DNA of 32,000 nt from Microcystis aeruginosa NIES-2549. Its GTDB lineage: Bacteria; Cyanobacteriota; Cyanobacteriia; Cyanobacteriales; Microcystaceae. Positions 18,652 through 26,722 of this stretch are shown here, in pieces. The notes beneath the pieces are model-generated. The model saw only the letters and a list, made by a program, of their open reading frames with translations, made no database searches and was not told the origin of the DNA. Numbering within the stretch: the first letter of the stretch is position 1; each line of letters opens with the position of its first letter. The position numbers and the translations under genes were made by a program. Where the stretch lies: assembly GCF_000981785.2 (NCBI RefSeq), contig NZ_CP011304.1:2850001-2882000 (forward strand). The letters are read 5' to 3'.

Positions 18652-20931
18652 ATGTCTATAGTGGTATCCCCCGAACAAGTCCATCAAATCGTCAACAACC
18701 TCCATCACGATCCCTTTGAGGTTTTGGGGGCCCATCCCCTAGAAGAAGAAGGAAAAGTAAATAAATGGGTTGTTAGAGCCTATTTACCGAAAACCACGGC
18801 TGCTTGGGTTATTTTACCGTCCCAAAGACAAGAATATCCCATGACGACCGCTTATCACCCCCATTTTTTCGAGTGCGTCATCGATATCGGTGAACTGAAC
18901 AATTATCAATTACGCATCCAGGAGGGAGAACAGGAACGGGTCATCTATGATTCCTATGCCTTCCGTTCTGCCAAACTGAGCGATTTTGATTTACATCTGT
19001 TTGGGGAAGGCAACCATCACCGCATTTATGAAAAATTAGGGGCGCATTTAGCTGAAATCGAAGGTATTAAAGGGGTTTATTTTGCCGTTTGGGCCCCTAA
19101 TGCCCGCAACGTCTCGATTATTGGTGATTTTAATAGCTGGGATGGTCGGGATCACCAAATGCGGAAACGTAATAATATGGTCTGGGAATTGTTTATCCCA
19201 GAAATCGGTGTTGGCACTAAATATAAATACGAGATCAAAAATTGGGAAGGTCATATTTACGAAAAATCTGATCCCTACGGTTTTGCCCAAGAAGTACGCC
19301 CGAAAACCGCCTCGATCGTGGCTAATTTAGATAGCTATACTTGGGATGATAGCGATTGGATGGAAAAACGCCGCCATAGCGATCCTTTAACTCAACCGGT
19401 TTCCGTTTACGAATTACACCTCGGTTCTTGGCTGCACGCTTCTAGTGCCGAACCTCCCCGTTTACTTGCCGGGTCCGGGGAAGCGGTTCCCGTGTCGGAA
19501 TGGAACACTGGGGCGCGTTTTTTGAGTTACTACGAGTTAGCCGAAAAACTGATTCCCTACGTTAAAGAATTAGGTTACACCCATATCGAATTATTACCGA
19601 TCGCCGAGCATCCCTTTGATGGTTCTTGGGGTTATCAAGTGACGGGTTATTTTGCCCCCACCAGTCGCTACGGCAATCCTGAAGATTTTATGTATTTTAT
19701 CGATCAATGTCACCAAAATGGCCTTGGTGTGCTAGTGGATTGGGTCCCCGGTCACTTCCCCAAAGATGGCCACGGGTTAGCTTTCTTTGATGGTACTCAT
19801 CTTTATGAACACGGCGACCCGCGCAAAGGGGAACACAAGGAATGGGGAACCTTAATTTTTAACTATGGTCGCAACGAGGTCAGAAATTTCCTGGTGGCTA
19901 ATGCCCTATTTTGGTTCGATAAGTACCATATTGATGGTATTCGCGTGGACGCGGTGGCTTCTATGCTCTATCTCGATTATTGTCGTAAAGATGGGGAATG
20001 GGTGGCTAACGAGTACGGTGGCCGGGAAAATTTAGAGGCCGCGGAATTCCTGCGTCAAGTCAATCATGTAATTTTTAGCTATTTCCCCGGAATTCTCTCT
20101 ATTGCCGAAGAATCCACCGCTTGGCCGATGGTATCCTGGCCCACCTATATGGGCGGTTTAGGCTTTAATTTAAAGTGGAATATGGGCTGGATGCACGATA
20201 TGCTCGATTATTTCGGCATGGATCCCTGGTTCCGTCAATTCCATCAAAATAATGTCACTTTTAGTATGTGGTATAACCACAGCGAGAATTATATGCTGGC
20301 TTTGTCCCACGATGAAGTGGTTCACGGCAAAAGTAATATGATTGGCAAAATGCCGGGGGATGAGTGGCAAAAATTTGCCAATGTCCGGGCATTATTTAGT
20401 TATATGTTTACCCACCCCGGCAAGAAAACCATGTTTATGAGCATGGAATTTGGTCAGTGGAGTGAGTGGAATGTTTGGGGTGATTTGGAGTGGGGTCTTT
20501 TGCAGCATCAACCCCATCAACAGCTAAAACGCTTTTTCTCGGATTTGAACGCCACCTATAAGAGTGAACCTGCTTTATATACCCAGGATTTTGGTCAGGA
20601 TGGCTTTGAGTGGATCGACTGTAGTGATAATAGTCATAGCGTCGTTTCTTTCCTGCGCTGGAGCAAAAATTGGCAGGAGTTTCTGGTGGTGGTCTGTAAT
20701 TTTACTCCCCAACCCCACAGCCATTATCGCGTTGGTGTACCCCATCCCGGTTTTTATCAGGAAATCTTTAACAGCGATGCGGGTAAATATGGCGGTAGTA
20801 ATATGGGCAACCTCGGCGGTAAATGGTCGGAGGAATGGTCCTATCATAGCCGTCCCTACTCGATTGATCTCTGTTTACCACCTTTAGGGGTTTTAGTTCT
20901 CAAAATCAGTCCTAATGCTTCTGGGGAATAG
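18652..20931 (+). CDS. glgB: 1,4-alpha-glucan branching enzyme
   Basis: 759 aa with GH13 catalytic blocks: [39 protein letters not shown]. Confidence 0.96.
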   Translation: MSIVVSPEQVHQIVNNLHHDPFEVLGAHPLEEEGKVNKWVVRAYLPKTTAAWVILPSQRQEYPMTTAYHPHFFECVIDIGELNNYQLRIQEGEQERVIYDSYAFRSAKLSDFDLHLFGEGNHHRIYEKLGAHLAEIEGIKGVYFAVWAPNARNVSIIGDFNSWDGRDHQMRKRNNMVWELFIPEIGVGTKYKYEIKNWEGHIYEKSDPYGFAQEVRPKTASIVANLDSYTWDDSDWMEKRRHSDPLTQPVSVYELHLGSWLHASSAEPPRLLAGSGEAVPVSEWNTGARFLSYYELAEKLIPYVKELGYTHIELLPIAEHPFDGSWGYQVTGYFAPTSRYGNPEDFMYFIDQCHQNGLGVLVDWVPGHFPKDGHGLAFFDGTHLYEHGDPRKGEHKEWGTLIFNYGRNEVRNFLVANALFWFDKYHIDGIRVDAVASMLYLDYCRKDGEWVANEYGGRENLEAAEFLRQVNHVIFSYFPGILSIAEESTAWPMVSWPTYMGGLGFNLKWNMGWMHDMLDYFGMDPWFRQFHQNNVTFSMWYNHSENYMLALSHDEVVHGKSNMIGKMPGDEWQKFANVRALFSYMFTHPGKKTMFMSMEFGQWSEWNVWGDLEWGLLQHQPHQQLKRFFSDLNATYKSEPALYTQDFGQDGFEWIDCSDNSHSVVSFLRWSKNWQEFLVVVCNFTPQPHSHYRVGVPHPGFYQEIFNSDAGKYGGSNMGNLGGKWSEEWSYHSRPYSIDLCLPPLGVLVLKISPNASGE

Positions 20932-20932
20932 G

Positions 20933-21049
20933 TAAGTGGGGTGTAGGGTATGGGGTGTGGGGTGTGGGGTGTGGGAAGTGGGGGAATGGGGGAATTCAAC
21001 TAAAACCCTAACACCCTAACACCCTAAAACCCCAACACCCAACCCCTAA
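20933..21049. repeat. G-run arm / C-run arm imperfect inverted repeat in the glgB 3' region
   Basis: The + strand of 20933-20995 carries 8 runs of G3-G5, including GGGGTGT x3. The segment 21004-21049 carries the complementary CCCTAA/CACCC-type runs (ACCCTAAC ACCCTAAC ACCCTAAAACCCC..). Confidence 0.85.
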
Positions 21050-21060
21050 CAAAAAAATTT

Positions 21061-21093
21061 AGAGGTCATCTTGCGGAAAGTGGCCTCTTTTTT
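21061..21093 (+). terminator. Rho-independent terminator after glgB
   Basis: AGAGGTCA (21061-21068) pairs with TGGCCTCT (21081-21088) as an 8-bp stem with one G-U pair. The loop is 12 nt and a T-run extends to 21093. Confidence 0.65.
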
Positions 21094-21114
21094 GGCTGAA
21101 TTTTCCAGAAACTA

Positions 21115-21352
21115 TTAAGTTGTTAGATTAGCGAGCAGTGTTTGCACCCATTCTTGAGCGAGTTCTTCCACGTTACCATTACTGTCGAGATGGCTAAGAA
21201 TATATTTTTGTCGTTGGTGAGCTAATTCAGCGAGACTACCGATATGAACAAAACTTTCTGGTAAACGATCATTCTCAAAGGAATATTGACCGACGTGGAT
21301 AAACCGGCATTCTAAGGCGAAAATTAATCAGGGGGAGAAACTGGTTAACCAT
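21115..21352 (-). pseudogene. possible frameshifted small ORF (unknown family)
   Basis: An ATG at 21352 with GGGAGA upstream opens a 27-codon frame. A start-less 70-codon frame (21327..21118, stop at 21115-21117) overlaps it in another phase. It reads ..RFIHVGQYSFENDRLPESFVHIGSLAELAHQRQKYILSHLDSNGNVEELAQEWVQTLLANLTT. One indel would join the two frames. Confidence 0.3.
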
Positions 21353-21532
21353 TTTTCATCTCCCTTAATATTTCCTTACTTTTTCGTTAATATTTATGGT
21401 AGCAAAGCCATTAGATGGTCTGAACAGGTAGTCGATCATCGCAACCATAAACAAGCAAAAGTTTCTGTATATTTGGTTACTAAATAATACAGATTTGCCC
21501 TGGATGCAGCCCGGGGAAAAGCCGGTCAAAAA

Positions 21533-21934
21533 CTAACCCATCAGGATCACCGTATCGATGACGTGGATGACACCATTATCCGCCTCGATATTACCTGCGA
21601 CAACCGTGGCATTTTTCACCTCAAAACCTTCGCTACAATCGATGGGAATCGGTGAACCCTCCAGAGAAGTCACTACAGCCAATTTCGCCAAATCTTCCTG
21701 CATATATTTGCCCGCAACGACGTGATAGGTGAGAATTCGGGTTAATTGGGGGATATTCTGCACTAGGGTTGTAATCGTCCCGGGGGGCAATTTGGCAAAA
21801 GCTTCATCGGTGGGGGCAAAAACCGTGAACGGGCCAGGACTTTTTAGGGCGTCCACGAGATTAGCGGCTTGTACCGCCGTCACTAGAGTTTTAAAATTAT
21901 CGGCACTGACCGCAATATCGACAATATCTGCCAT
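21533..21934 (-). CDS. fasciclin (FAS1) domain protein
   Basis: 133 aa with the FAS1 H1 block [11 protein letters not shown] and H2 block [11 protein letters not shown]. Confidence 0.85.
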   Translation of the reverse strand: MADIVDIAVSADNFKTLVTAVQAANLVDALKSPGPFTVFAPTDEAFAKLPPGTITTLVQNIPQLTRILTYHVVAGKYMQEDLAKLAVVTSLEGSPIPIDCSEGFEVKNATVVAGNIEADNGVIHVIDTVILMG

Positions 21935-22066
21935 AAACTTGACTCGATCCTCAAAAAAATCATCTATTTCAGATTTTAAACTTAATCTTGTCCCAAAGAT
22001 CTAAAATCCAAAATCCAAAAACATTTCAAGTTTGTCGATGCTTTAAGTTCTACTGCTAGTGGTCTG

Positions 22067-22640
22067 TCAAGATGTTATTGACGGATACAATCTTTTTAAT
22101 TTAATTCGGGCATCTTCAGTGGTAAATCGCCAATCTACAGGAGCAGAATTTTCATTTCTGCGTTTTTCCCCAGCTGCTACTTCTTCTGTTAAGATTTCCT
22201 TGTCTTCAATACGCCGATCAAGGCACTGTCGGCTTAAAACACTCAACTCAATTTCAGCCATATTTAACCAACTTCCATGTTTAGGAGTATAATGAAACTC
22301 CAATTTATCCAGAATGCGTCTTGCTTCGACTGGGGTAAAAGCTTGATAAAGAGATGCTTTGACATGAGTATTCGGATTATCTTGAACTACTTTAATTTTC
22401 TTGGCTTGAGGATGACGTTGAGCAACTAATTGACATCCTCGCCGCCGTAAAACGGACGGCGATTCCTCACCACGCCACTTTTTTAGGGTGGTCGCTGAAT
22501 GGGGTTGACGCTTCACCGAAAAACGCTTAATTGCTTAAGTCTGACTCTTTCTCCACGTCCGTTTTGAGTGTCCGAATGCCCTCCGGCCACTTTGAACAAG
22601 TCGAAAAAATCTAATGTTCAACCTTATTTCCTAGAAAGTT
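22067..22640 (-). pseudogene. IS630-family transposase remnant (internally deleted and frameshifted)
   Basis: The ORF 22067..22516 keeps the C-terminal DDE region: KIKVVQDNPNTH ... LEFHYTPKHGSWLNMAEIELSVLSRQCLDRRI ... RIKLKRLYP. An HTH-like piece (..RRAFGHSKRTWRK) lies in another frame at about 22540-22620. The length is roughly half of an intact ~1.1-kb element. The ends are not defined. Confidence 0.7.
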
Positions 22641-22873
22641 TTACTCGTTCAAGGCCGAATTTGAATTCTTTTCTGAACAAAACCCCCTACTATCTGTTGT
22701 CAAGGTTCAGTTTTTAGCTTGGTTATCGCTTTTTTATTCTAGCTTAAAGCCGTCCTAAAAGGACGGGGTTTTAACCCAAATTTTCGATAACGTCAGTTGG
22801 GGATAAGGGTGGAAAGAAAAGGCGGGGGCCAGTAAGCTGAAAAATATATAAACTCAGCACCCCCAACCCATCT

Positions 22874-23023
22874 ATGTCTAGTCGAGAAGCTCTTTTCTGT
22901 CATGTCGACGACGGATGCCGTGTATTTGAACCTAAATTAGAACAGACAAGGCTTTGGCCCGATAATAAAGCTCGTAAACGTGGCAAAATCTTGACTTTAA
23001 GCGAAATTATGACCATCTTGATC
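22874..23023 (+). pseudogene. IS982-family-like transposase N-terminal fragment
   Basis: The first ~50 aa (EALFCHVDDGCRVFEPK...RKRGKILTLSEIMTILI) match the conserved N-terminus I recall for cyanobacterial IS982-type DDE transposases. The remainder of the 71-aa ORF is unrelated low-complexity sequence, and the catalytic domain is absent. Confidence 0.55.
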
Positions 23024-23102
23024 CCCTCCCGACTCCCGACTCCTAACCCCACCAATAAACTTTTTCAGCAGACCCTAGTTACAAGATAACTTTGATCTGG
23101 CT

Positions 23103-23140
23103 AATAACTGATAACTGATGACTGATGACTGATGACTGAT
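23103..23140. repeat. heptamer array (GATAACT/GATGACT) abutting the HTTM gene stop codon
   Basis: AATAACT GATAACT GATGACT x3 GAT, running into the stop codon at 23140-23142 (minus strand). Confidence 0.9.
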
Positions 23141-24993
23141 TAAAGACAGTTTTGCTGCCAGAGTAGTTCTTTTTCGATTCCCTGTTTTTCTCCGGGAGGG
23201 ACTGTCCTTTCCCGCATAATATAAAGTTGCAGGGATTTAATCTGTTGATCACTACCGTGCTGCTGATTCCAGTTTTGACAGAGATACTGACCAAACTCTC
23301 CATAAACTGACCGACCGATAGCTCGATTAAGATTAATAAAATATTGTCGCCACTGCATGGTTTTATACAAATGATTGCGATCGCTTTCCGTGGGTTTATC
23401 CCAAATTACCGGCTGTCCTTCCCTAAATATATCCACCGTGGAACCATCGGCTAATTGACTGACTGCCACAAACCAAGCATCATCGCGAGGCGGACCAGGA
23501 GCAAAAATAGTCCAATATTGGTCTAAACGGGTAACTCTTGCCAAAATATCAATTGTATTAAAAGTACGACGGGTGAGCAAGCGATCGAGGGATTGAACTA
23601 AAGGTGTATTTAAATCGCCCCTATCGACCGATTGCCGGACAAAACTGCGTAAATTCCAGATACTGGTCAACAATAAGAAGAAAATTACCAAAATATTTAA
23701 AGGTAAAGAGGATTTAATCGTCAGGGGACGAAACTTGAGCGGTTTGGTGAAATTGCCCATAAAACGACGATGGGAGGCAATCCACTCATAAATTCTCGTT
23801 CCCAGGGCCATGAGGAGCGGTAAACGCAAAATTGGCTCTAAAAACCAGAAAATTGGCGAAAGACTGACAATATAAACCACTGCTGACCATTTAAACCGAC
23901 GTTTTCCCTGCCAATCTTCCACCACCCAAGAATTTTGGGCCACCATATCCTCGTATATTGAGGGGTTATCCTGAGCGACTAACAGGGGAGTGCCGGGTAA
24001 AATAAGAAAAGTGCGGAGAAGATGAACAACTTTTTTGCAAAATCCACAATCTCGATCATAATTAATCCTTAAACCTTCTCTTTCTGGGTTTCTCATCCGT
24101 TTTTGTCCCCAATCCCAGACAAGACTAGGGATGATGGGCAACCAATGGGTAATACTCAAAAACGGGAAAATTCCCAGATGAAAACTGAGACCAAAACCGA
24201 TATGTAAGAGAATAAACGAAAGAATAGCGACTATTTTGAAGAAACTATTGCGAAAGGGGATAAAAATTAGCAGTGGACCCACCCATTCAAAGATTAAGGC
24301 TGAAAAGGTGAGGATTTTTAGTAATTGTGGCGGTAAAGATAGTAAGAAACCGGCAAAAGCAGTACCGTATTGATCGTAACTGAGAGAGTAATAAACGGCT
24401 GTACCGTCGGGCCACCAAGTCTCACTTTTGGTTTTAAAGGCCGCTGACCACATATAGATGTAACACACCTGTATCATAAAAGCCACCGTGGCAGCCGAAA
24501 CCACACGCTTGGGTAAGGGGTTAGGATTGGTGTTTAAGGCACTTTCCACGGAATAACAGGCGCCGAGAGGTAAAAACATCGCCCAGAATAATACTGCCCG
24601 GATTACGTCATCGGCGGCAAATAGTAACAGGGGGTTGCGATGATGTAAAGAGACGATTAGCGCCCAAGTGGCGATCGTGACTAAACGGGTATGATAGCCA
24701 ATTAGAAGCAATAATGCCATCCCTATAGCCACAATAAACAGGATACTCTGCACCAGTACCGAGTCACTGAGAGCAAAAATCGACCAGTAAAAAGGACTAG
24801 CAGAGACTTTCGATAAGCTTTCTAGTGGTAAAACCCCTAATTCGCTGTAATGGGCAGTTACTTGGCTAAAACGAACCGATAAATCTACTAAAACCACTAA
24901 CGCCAAGGCAATGCGAAATAAAGCCAGCGATCGCAGGTCAAACCCGAAAATCTCTGCCAGTCTTTGTCTAAATGATTTTGCCATTATCGCCAT
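23140..24993 (-). CDS. HTTM (vitamin K-dependent gamma-carboxylase-like) domain fused to a DCC/DUF393 thiol-disulfide oxidoreductase-like domain, plus an unassigned C-terminal domain
   Basis: 617 aa. The N-terminal ~290 aa is polytopic with an HTTM-type start (DLRSLALFRIALALVVLVDL). YDRDCGFCKKVVHLLRTF matches the DUF393 YDGxCxxC motif. I do not recognise the C-terminal ~190 aa, which is soluble and Trp-rich. Confidence 0.8.
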   Translation of the reverse strand: MAIMAKSFRQRLAEIFGFDLRSLALFRIALALVVLVDLSVRFSQVTAHYSELGVLPLESLSKVSASPFYWSIFALSDSVLVQSILFIVAIGMALLLLIGYHTRLVTIATWALIVSLHHRNPLLLFAADDVIRAVLFWAMFLPLGACYSVESALNTNPNPLPKRVVSAATVAFMIQVCYIYMWSAAFKTKSETWWPDGTAVYYSLSYDQYGTAFAGFLLSLPPQLLKILTFSALIFEWVGPLLIFIPFRNSFFKIVAILSFILLHIGFGLSFHLGIFPFLSITHWLPIIPSLVWDWGQKRMRNPEREGLRINYDRDCGFCKKVVHLLRTFLILPGTPLLVAQDNPSIYEDMVAQNSWVVEDWQGKRRFKWSAVVYIVSLSPIFWFLEPILRLPLLMALGTRIYEWIASHRRFMGNFTKPLKFRPLTIKSSLPLNILVIFFLLLTSIWNLRSFVRQSVDRGDLNTPLVQSLDRLLTRRTFNTIDILARVTRLDQYWTIFAPGPPRDDAWFVAVSQLADGSTVDIFREGQPVIWDKPTESDRNHLYKTMQWRQYFINLNRAIGRSVYGEFGQYLCQNWNQQHGSDQQIKSLQLYIMRERTVPPGEKQGIEKELLWQQNCL

Positions 24994-25075
24994 AGGATGA
25001 TGATTGCCTCCACTTCTTCAATAAACCTACTTTATAGCAAGTAAAAAGGCCAAAGGCAAAAGAAAGCTGTCGGCC

Positions 25076-25415
25076 TTATCAGTTATCAGTTATCAGTTAT
25101 CAGTTATCAGTTATCAGTTATCAGTGAGTAGTATGTATTAAGTGAGCATCATTAGACATCTCCAAAAATTATAACCCAGTCACAGCTTGCTTTTGGTCTA
25201 TGTACTAACTAAGCAGTTCAATGGCTGTAATGTATATCTATCGTTGCTAATTCAATTTTACTGAAAAAATATGAGGCAATTAAAATAATTTTTATTCAGG
25301 TAGATTCCTTAACTAGAAATACTTTTGGTCTTGGGATAATATTAGGTCGAGGTCTATTGGCAGTAACAGTGCTGTTTTTTCACTGATTACTGATTGCTGT
25401 TTACTGATCACTGAT
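25076..25415. repeat. left arm of the cassette-flanking inverted repeat (interrupted copy)
   Basis: TTATCAG x7 is perfect (25076-25124). A 32-nt block spans 25121-25152, then the insert, then a 38-nt block from 25358. The opposed array CACTGAT TACTGAT TGCTGTT TACTGAT CACTGAT (25381-25415) runs into the PD40 stop codon. Confidence 0.85.
25155..25354. mobile_element. possible 200-bp AT-rich MITE-like insertion flanked by TA/TA
   Basis: The insert is absent from the homologous position of the right arm, which has CAAA there. It is flanked by TA (25153-25154) and TA (25355-25356). The ends GACATCTCC and GACCTCGAC (reverse complement) match only 6/9. Confidence 0.4.
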
Positions 25416-25966
25416 CATCGGGACGGGGAAGAATTGATCGGGGGTAAAGAAGGAGAAATTTCACCACCTCGATCGAATATTTCCAGATTCCATTGACCAA
25501 AACGATTACTTTCAAAAGCAATAAAACGACCGTTACCACTAATCGTCGGACGACGCACTTCTCCTAAAATATTGTCGGTGATATTTTTTGCTTGCAGAGT
25601 TTGTCGATCATAAATATATATATCGGGTTTACCGGACTGTTCCGATACATAAACAATATAGCGACCATCGGCACTAATATCCGGTTGATCTTGATAGGTT
25701 TTTGCTTGATTTAACCCGGGTAGGGGAACTAAACGATTAGCCACTCGATCGAATAAATAAATCGTTCGTTGACCCCTGCGATCGGAGGCAAAGACCAGAT
25801 AACGACCATCGTAGTTAAAACGGGGATTATCTTCAGAGGAAGGAGTATTTAAAGTATTTCCTAAAAGCTGTTGGGGAGGGGTGACAAAACCCGCATCACT
25901 ACATCCCCCCAGACTGATGATATTAACCGCAAGCAAAAGTCCCAGAAGTTTAGGAAACCTGATCAT
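25415..25966 (-). CDS. PD40 (TolB-like beta-propeller repeat) lipoprotein
   Basis: Three PD40 repeats are present: DGRYLVFASDRRGQRTIYLFD, DGRYIVYVSEQSGKPDIYIYD, NGRFIAFESNRFGQWNLEIFD. The signal peptide has the lipobox LGG|C when translation starts at the ATG at 25966 (MIRFPKLLGLLLAVNIISLGGC). The listed ORF starts at 26011. Confidence 0.8.
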   Translation of the reverse strand: MIRFPKLLGLLLAVNIISLGGCSDAGFVTPPQQLLGNTLNTPSSEDNPRFNYDGRYLVFASDRRGQRTIYLFDRVANRLVPLPGLNQAKTYQDQPDISADGRYIVYVSEQSGKPDIYIYDRQTLQAKNITDNILGEVRRPTISGNGRFIAFESNRFGQWNLEIFDRGGEISPSLPPINSSPSR

Positions 25967-26231
25967 CGGTCGCTGCTGGGGAAGGAAGGATACAACAATT
26001 AATATCATCAAGACAAACTTTACCCCAATGCAATGCCCAGCGCACCAATTCCACCCGATTATCGGTTTTTGTTTTTGTCAAGATATTGCTAATATGATTA
26101 TCGACGGTACGCTTACTAATCTCTAGCTTTTCCGAGATTTCTTGATTAGTTAAACCATTAGCCACCAAATCGAGTATTTCTAGCTCTCGATCGGATAATG
26201 AAGCGGCTGTTTGAAACTTCCCAGCAGACAT
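25950..26231 (-). CDS. LuxR/GerE-type HTH protein without a sensor or receiver domain
   Basis: LSDRELEILDLVANGLTNQEISEKLEISKRTVDNHISNILTKT is a GerE-type HTH. The ATG at 26231 has GAGGAA 8 nt upstream; the listed ORF starts at 26264. The 3' end overlaps the PD40 start by 17 nt. Confidence 0.82.
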   Translation of the reverse strand: MSAGKFQTAASLSDRELEILDLVANGLTNQEISEKLEISKRTVDNHISNILTKTKTDNRVELVRWALHWGKVCLDDINCCILPSPAATDDQVS

Positions 26232-26293
26232 GAGTATAATTCCTCTAGTATATCTACTTATCATTCTAGAAGAAATTTTTCTCCTAGGAATCG

Positions 26294-26659
26294 ATAATCA
26301 GTAATCAGTGATCAGTAATCAGTGAAAATACAGCACTGTTACTGCCATTTGATGATGCACACTTAATACATACTGCTCACTGAATACTCAAAACCTGACA
26401 GGAGGACAAACTGGCTGAACTCCTTACAGCACAGGCTTTTTGGGGTGTTCGAGCCAAAAAGTTCGATGCAGCTGATCCCCCGTTGTTGATAAAGATTTCT
26501 AGTAAGTTCGCCCAAATCCCTGATTCTCTCCTTAGCTTTTTGGCTGAAAGCGATGTATCTGTTTGTAACTGAAGAGCCTCAAAACTTTTGTGGACAATGC
26601 TTTGAGAGGGTTTGTTCCCCTGTCAGACTCAAAACTGATCACCGATCACTGATAACTGA
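26294..26659. repeat. right arm of the cassette-flanking inverted repeat (interrupted copy)
   Basis: TAATCAG TAATCAG TGATCAG TAATCAG (26294-26321), followed by the 38-nt and 32-nt blocks in reverse complement (26310-26382). After the MITE, the outer array AACTGAT CACCGAT CACTGAT AACTGAT spans 26632-26659. Confidence 0.85.
26394..26625. mobile_element. 232-bp MITE with 17-bp TIRs and a 9-bp target-site duplication
   Basis: The TIRs CTGACAGGAGGACAAAC (26394-26410) and GTTTGTTCCCCTGTCAG (26609-26625) match 15/17. The direct repeat ACTCAAAAC lies immediately outside both ends (26385-26393 and 26626-26634). There is no ORF, and internal hairpins are present (CTTTTTGG/CCAAAAAG). Confidence 0.75.
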
Positions 26660-26722
26660 TTCAAGGCTGACGGCTGGTACTATATAATAAAAAACGCTCC
26701 TTAGTTAGATATTAAGAAAAAC

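Noticed and set aside
21004-21049. CCCTAA / CCCTAAA runs resembling eukaryotic telomere repeats
   Set aside because: There are only 3-4 degenerate units. They are embedded between a bacterial gene and its terminator and are paired with a complementary G-arm. This is a local inverted repeat, not a telomere or contamination.
22874-23089. 71-aa ORF as a functional gene
   Set aside because: Only its first ~50 residues resemble a transposase N-terminus, and the rest is unrelated low-complexity sequence. It is treated as an IS fragment.
25076-25124. Heptamer arrays (here and at 3241, 8604, 16578, 23103, 26294, 29305) as possible CRISPR arrays
   Set aside because: The units are 7 nt and contiguous with no spacers, there is no repeat of 20 nt or more, and no cas genes are present. 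They are micro-tandem (STRR-like) repeats, not CRISPR.
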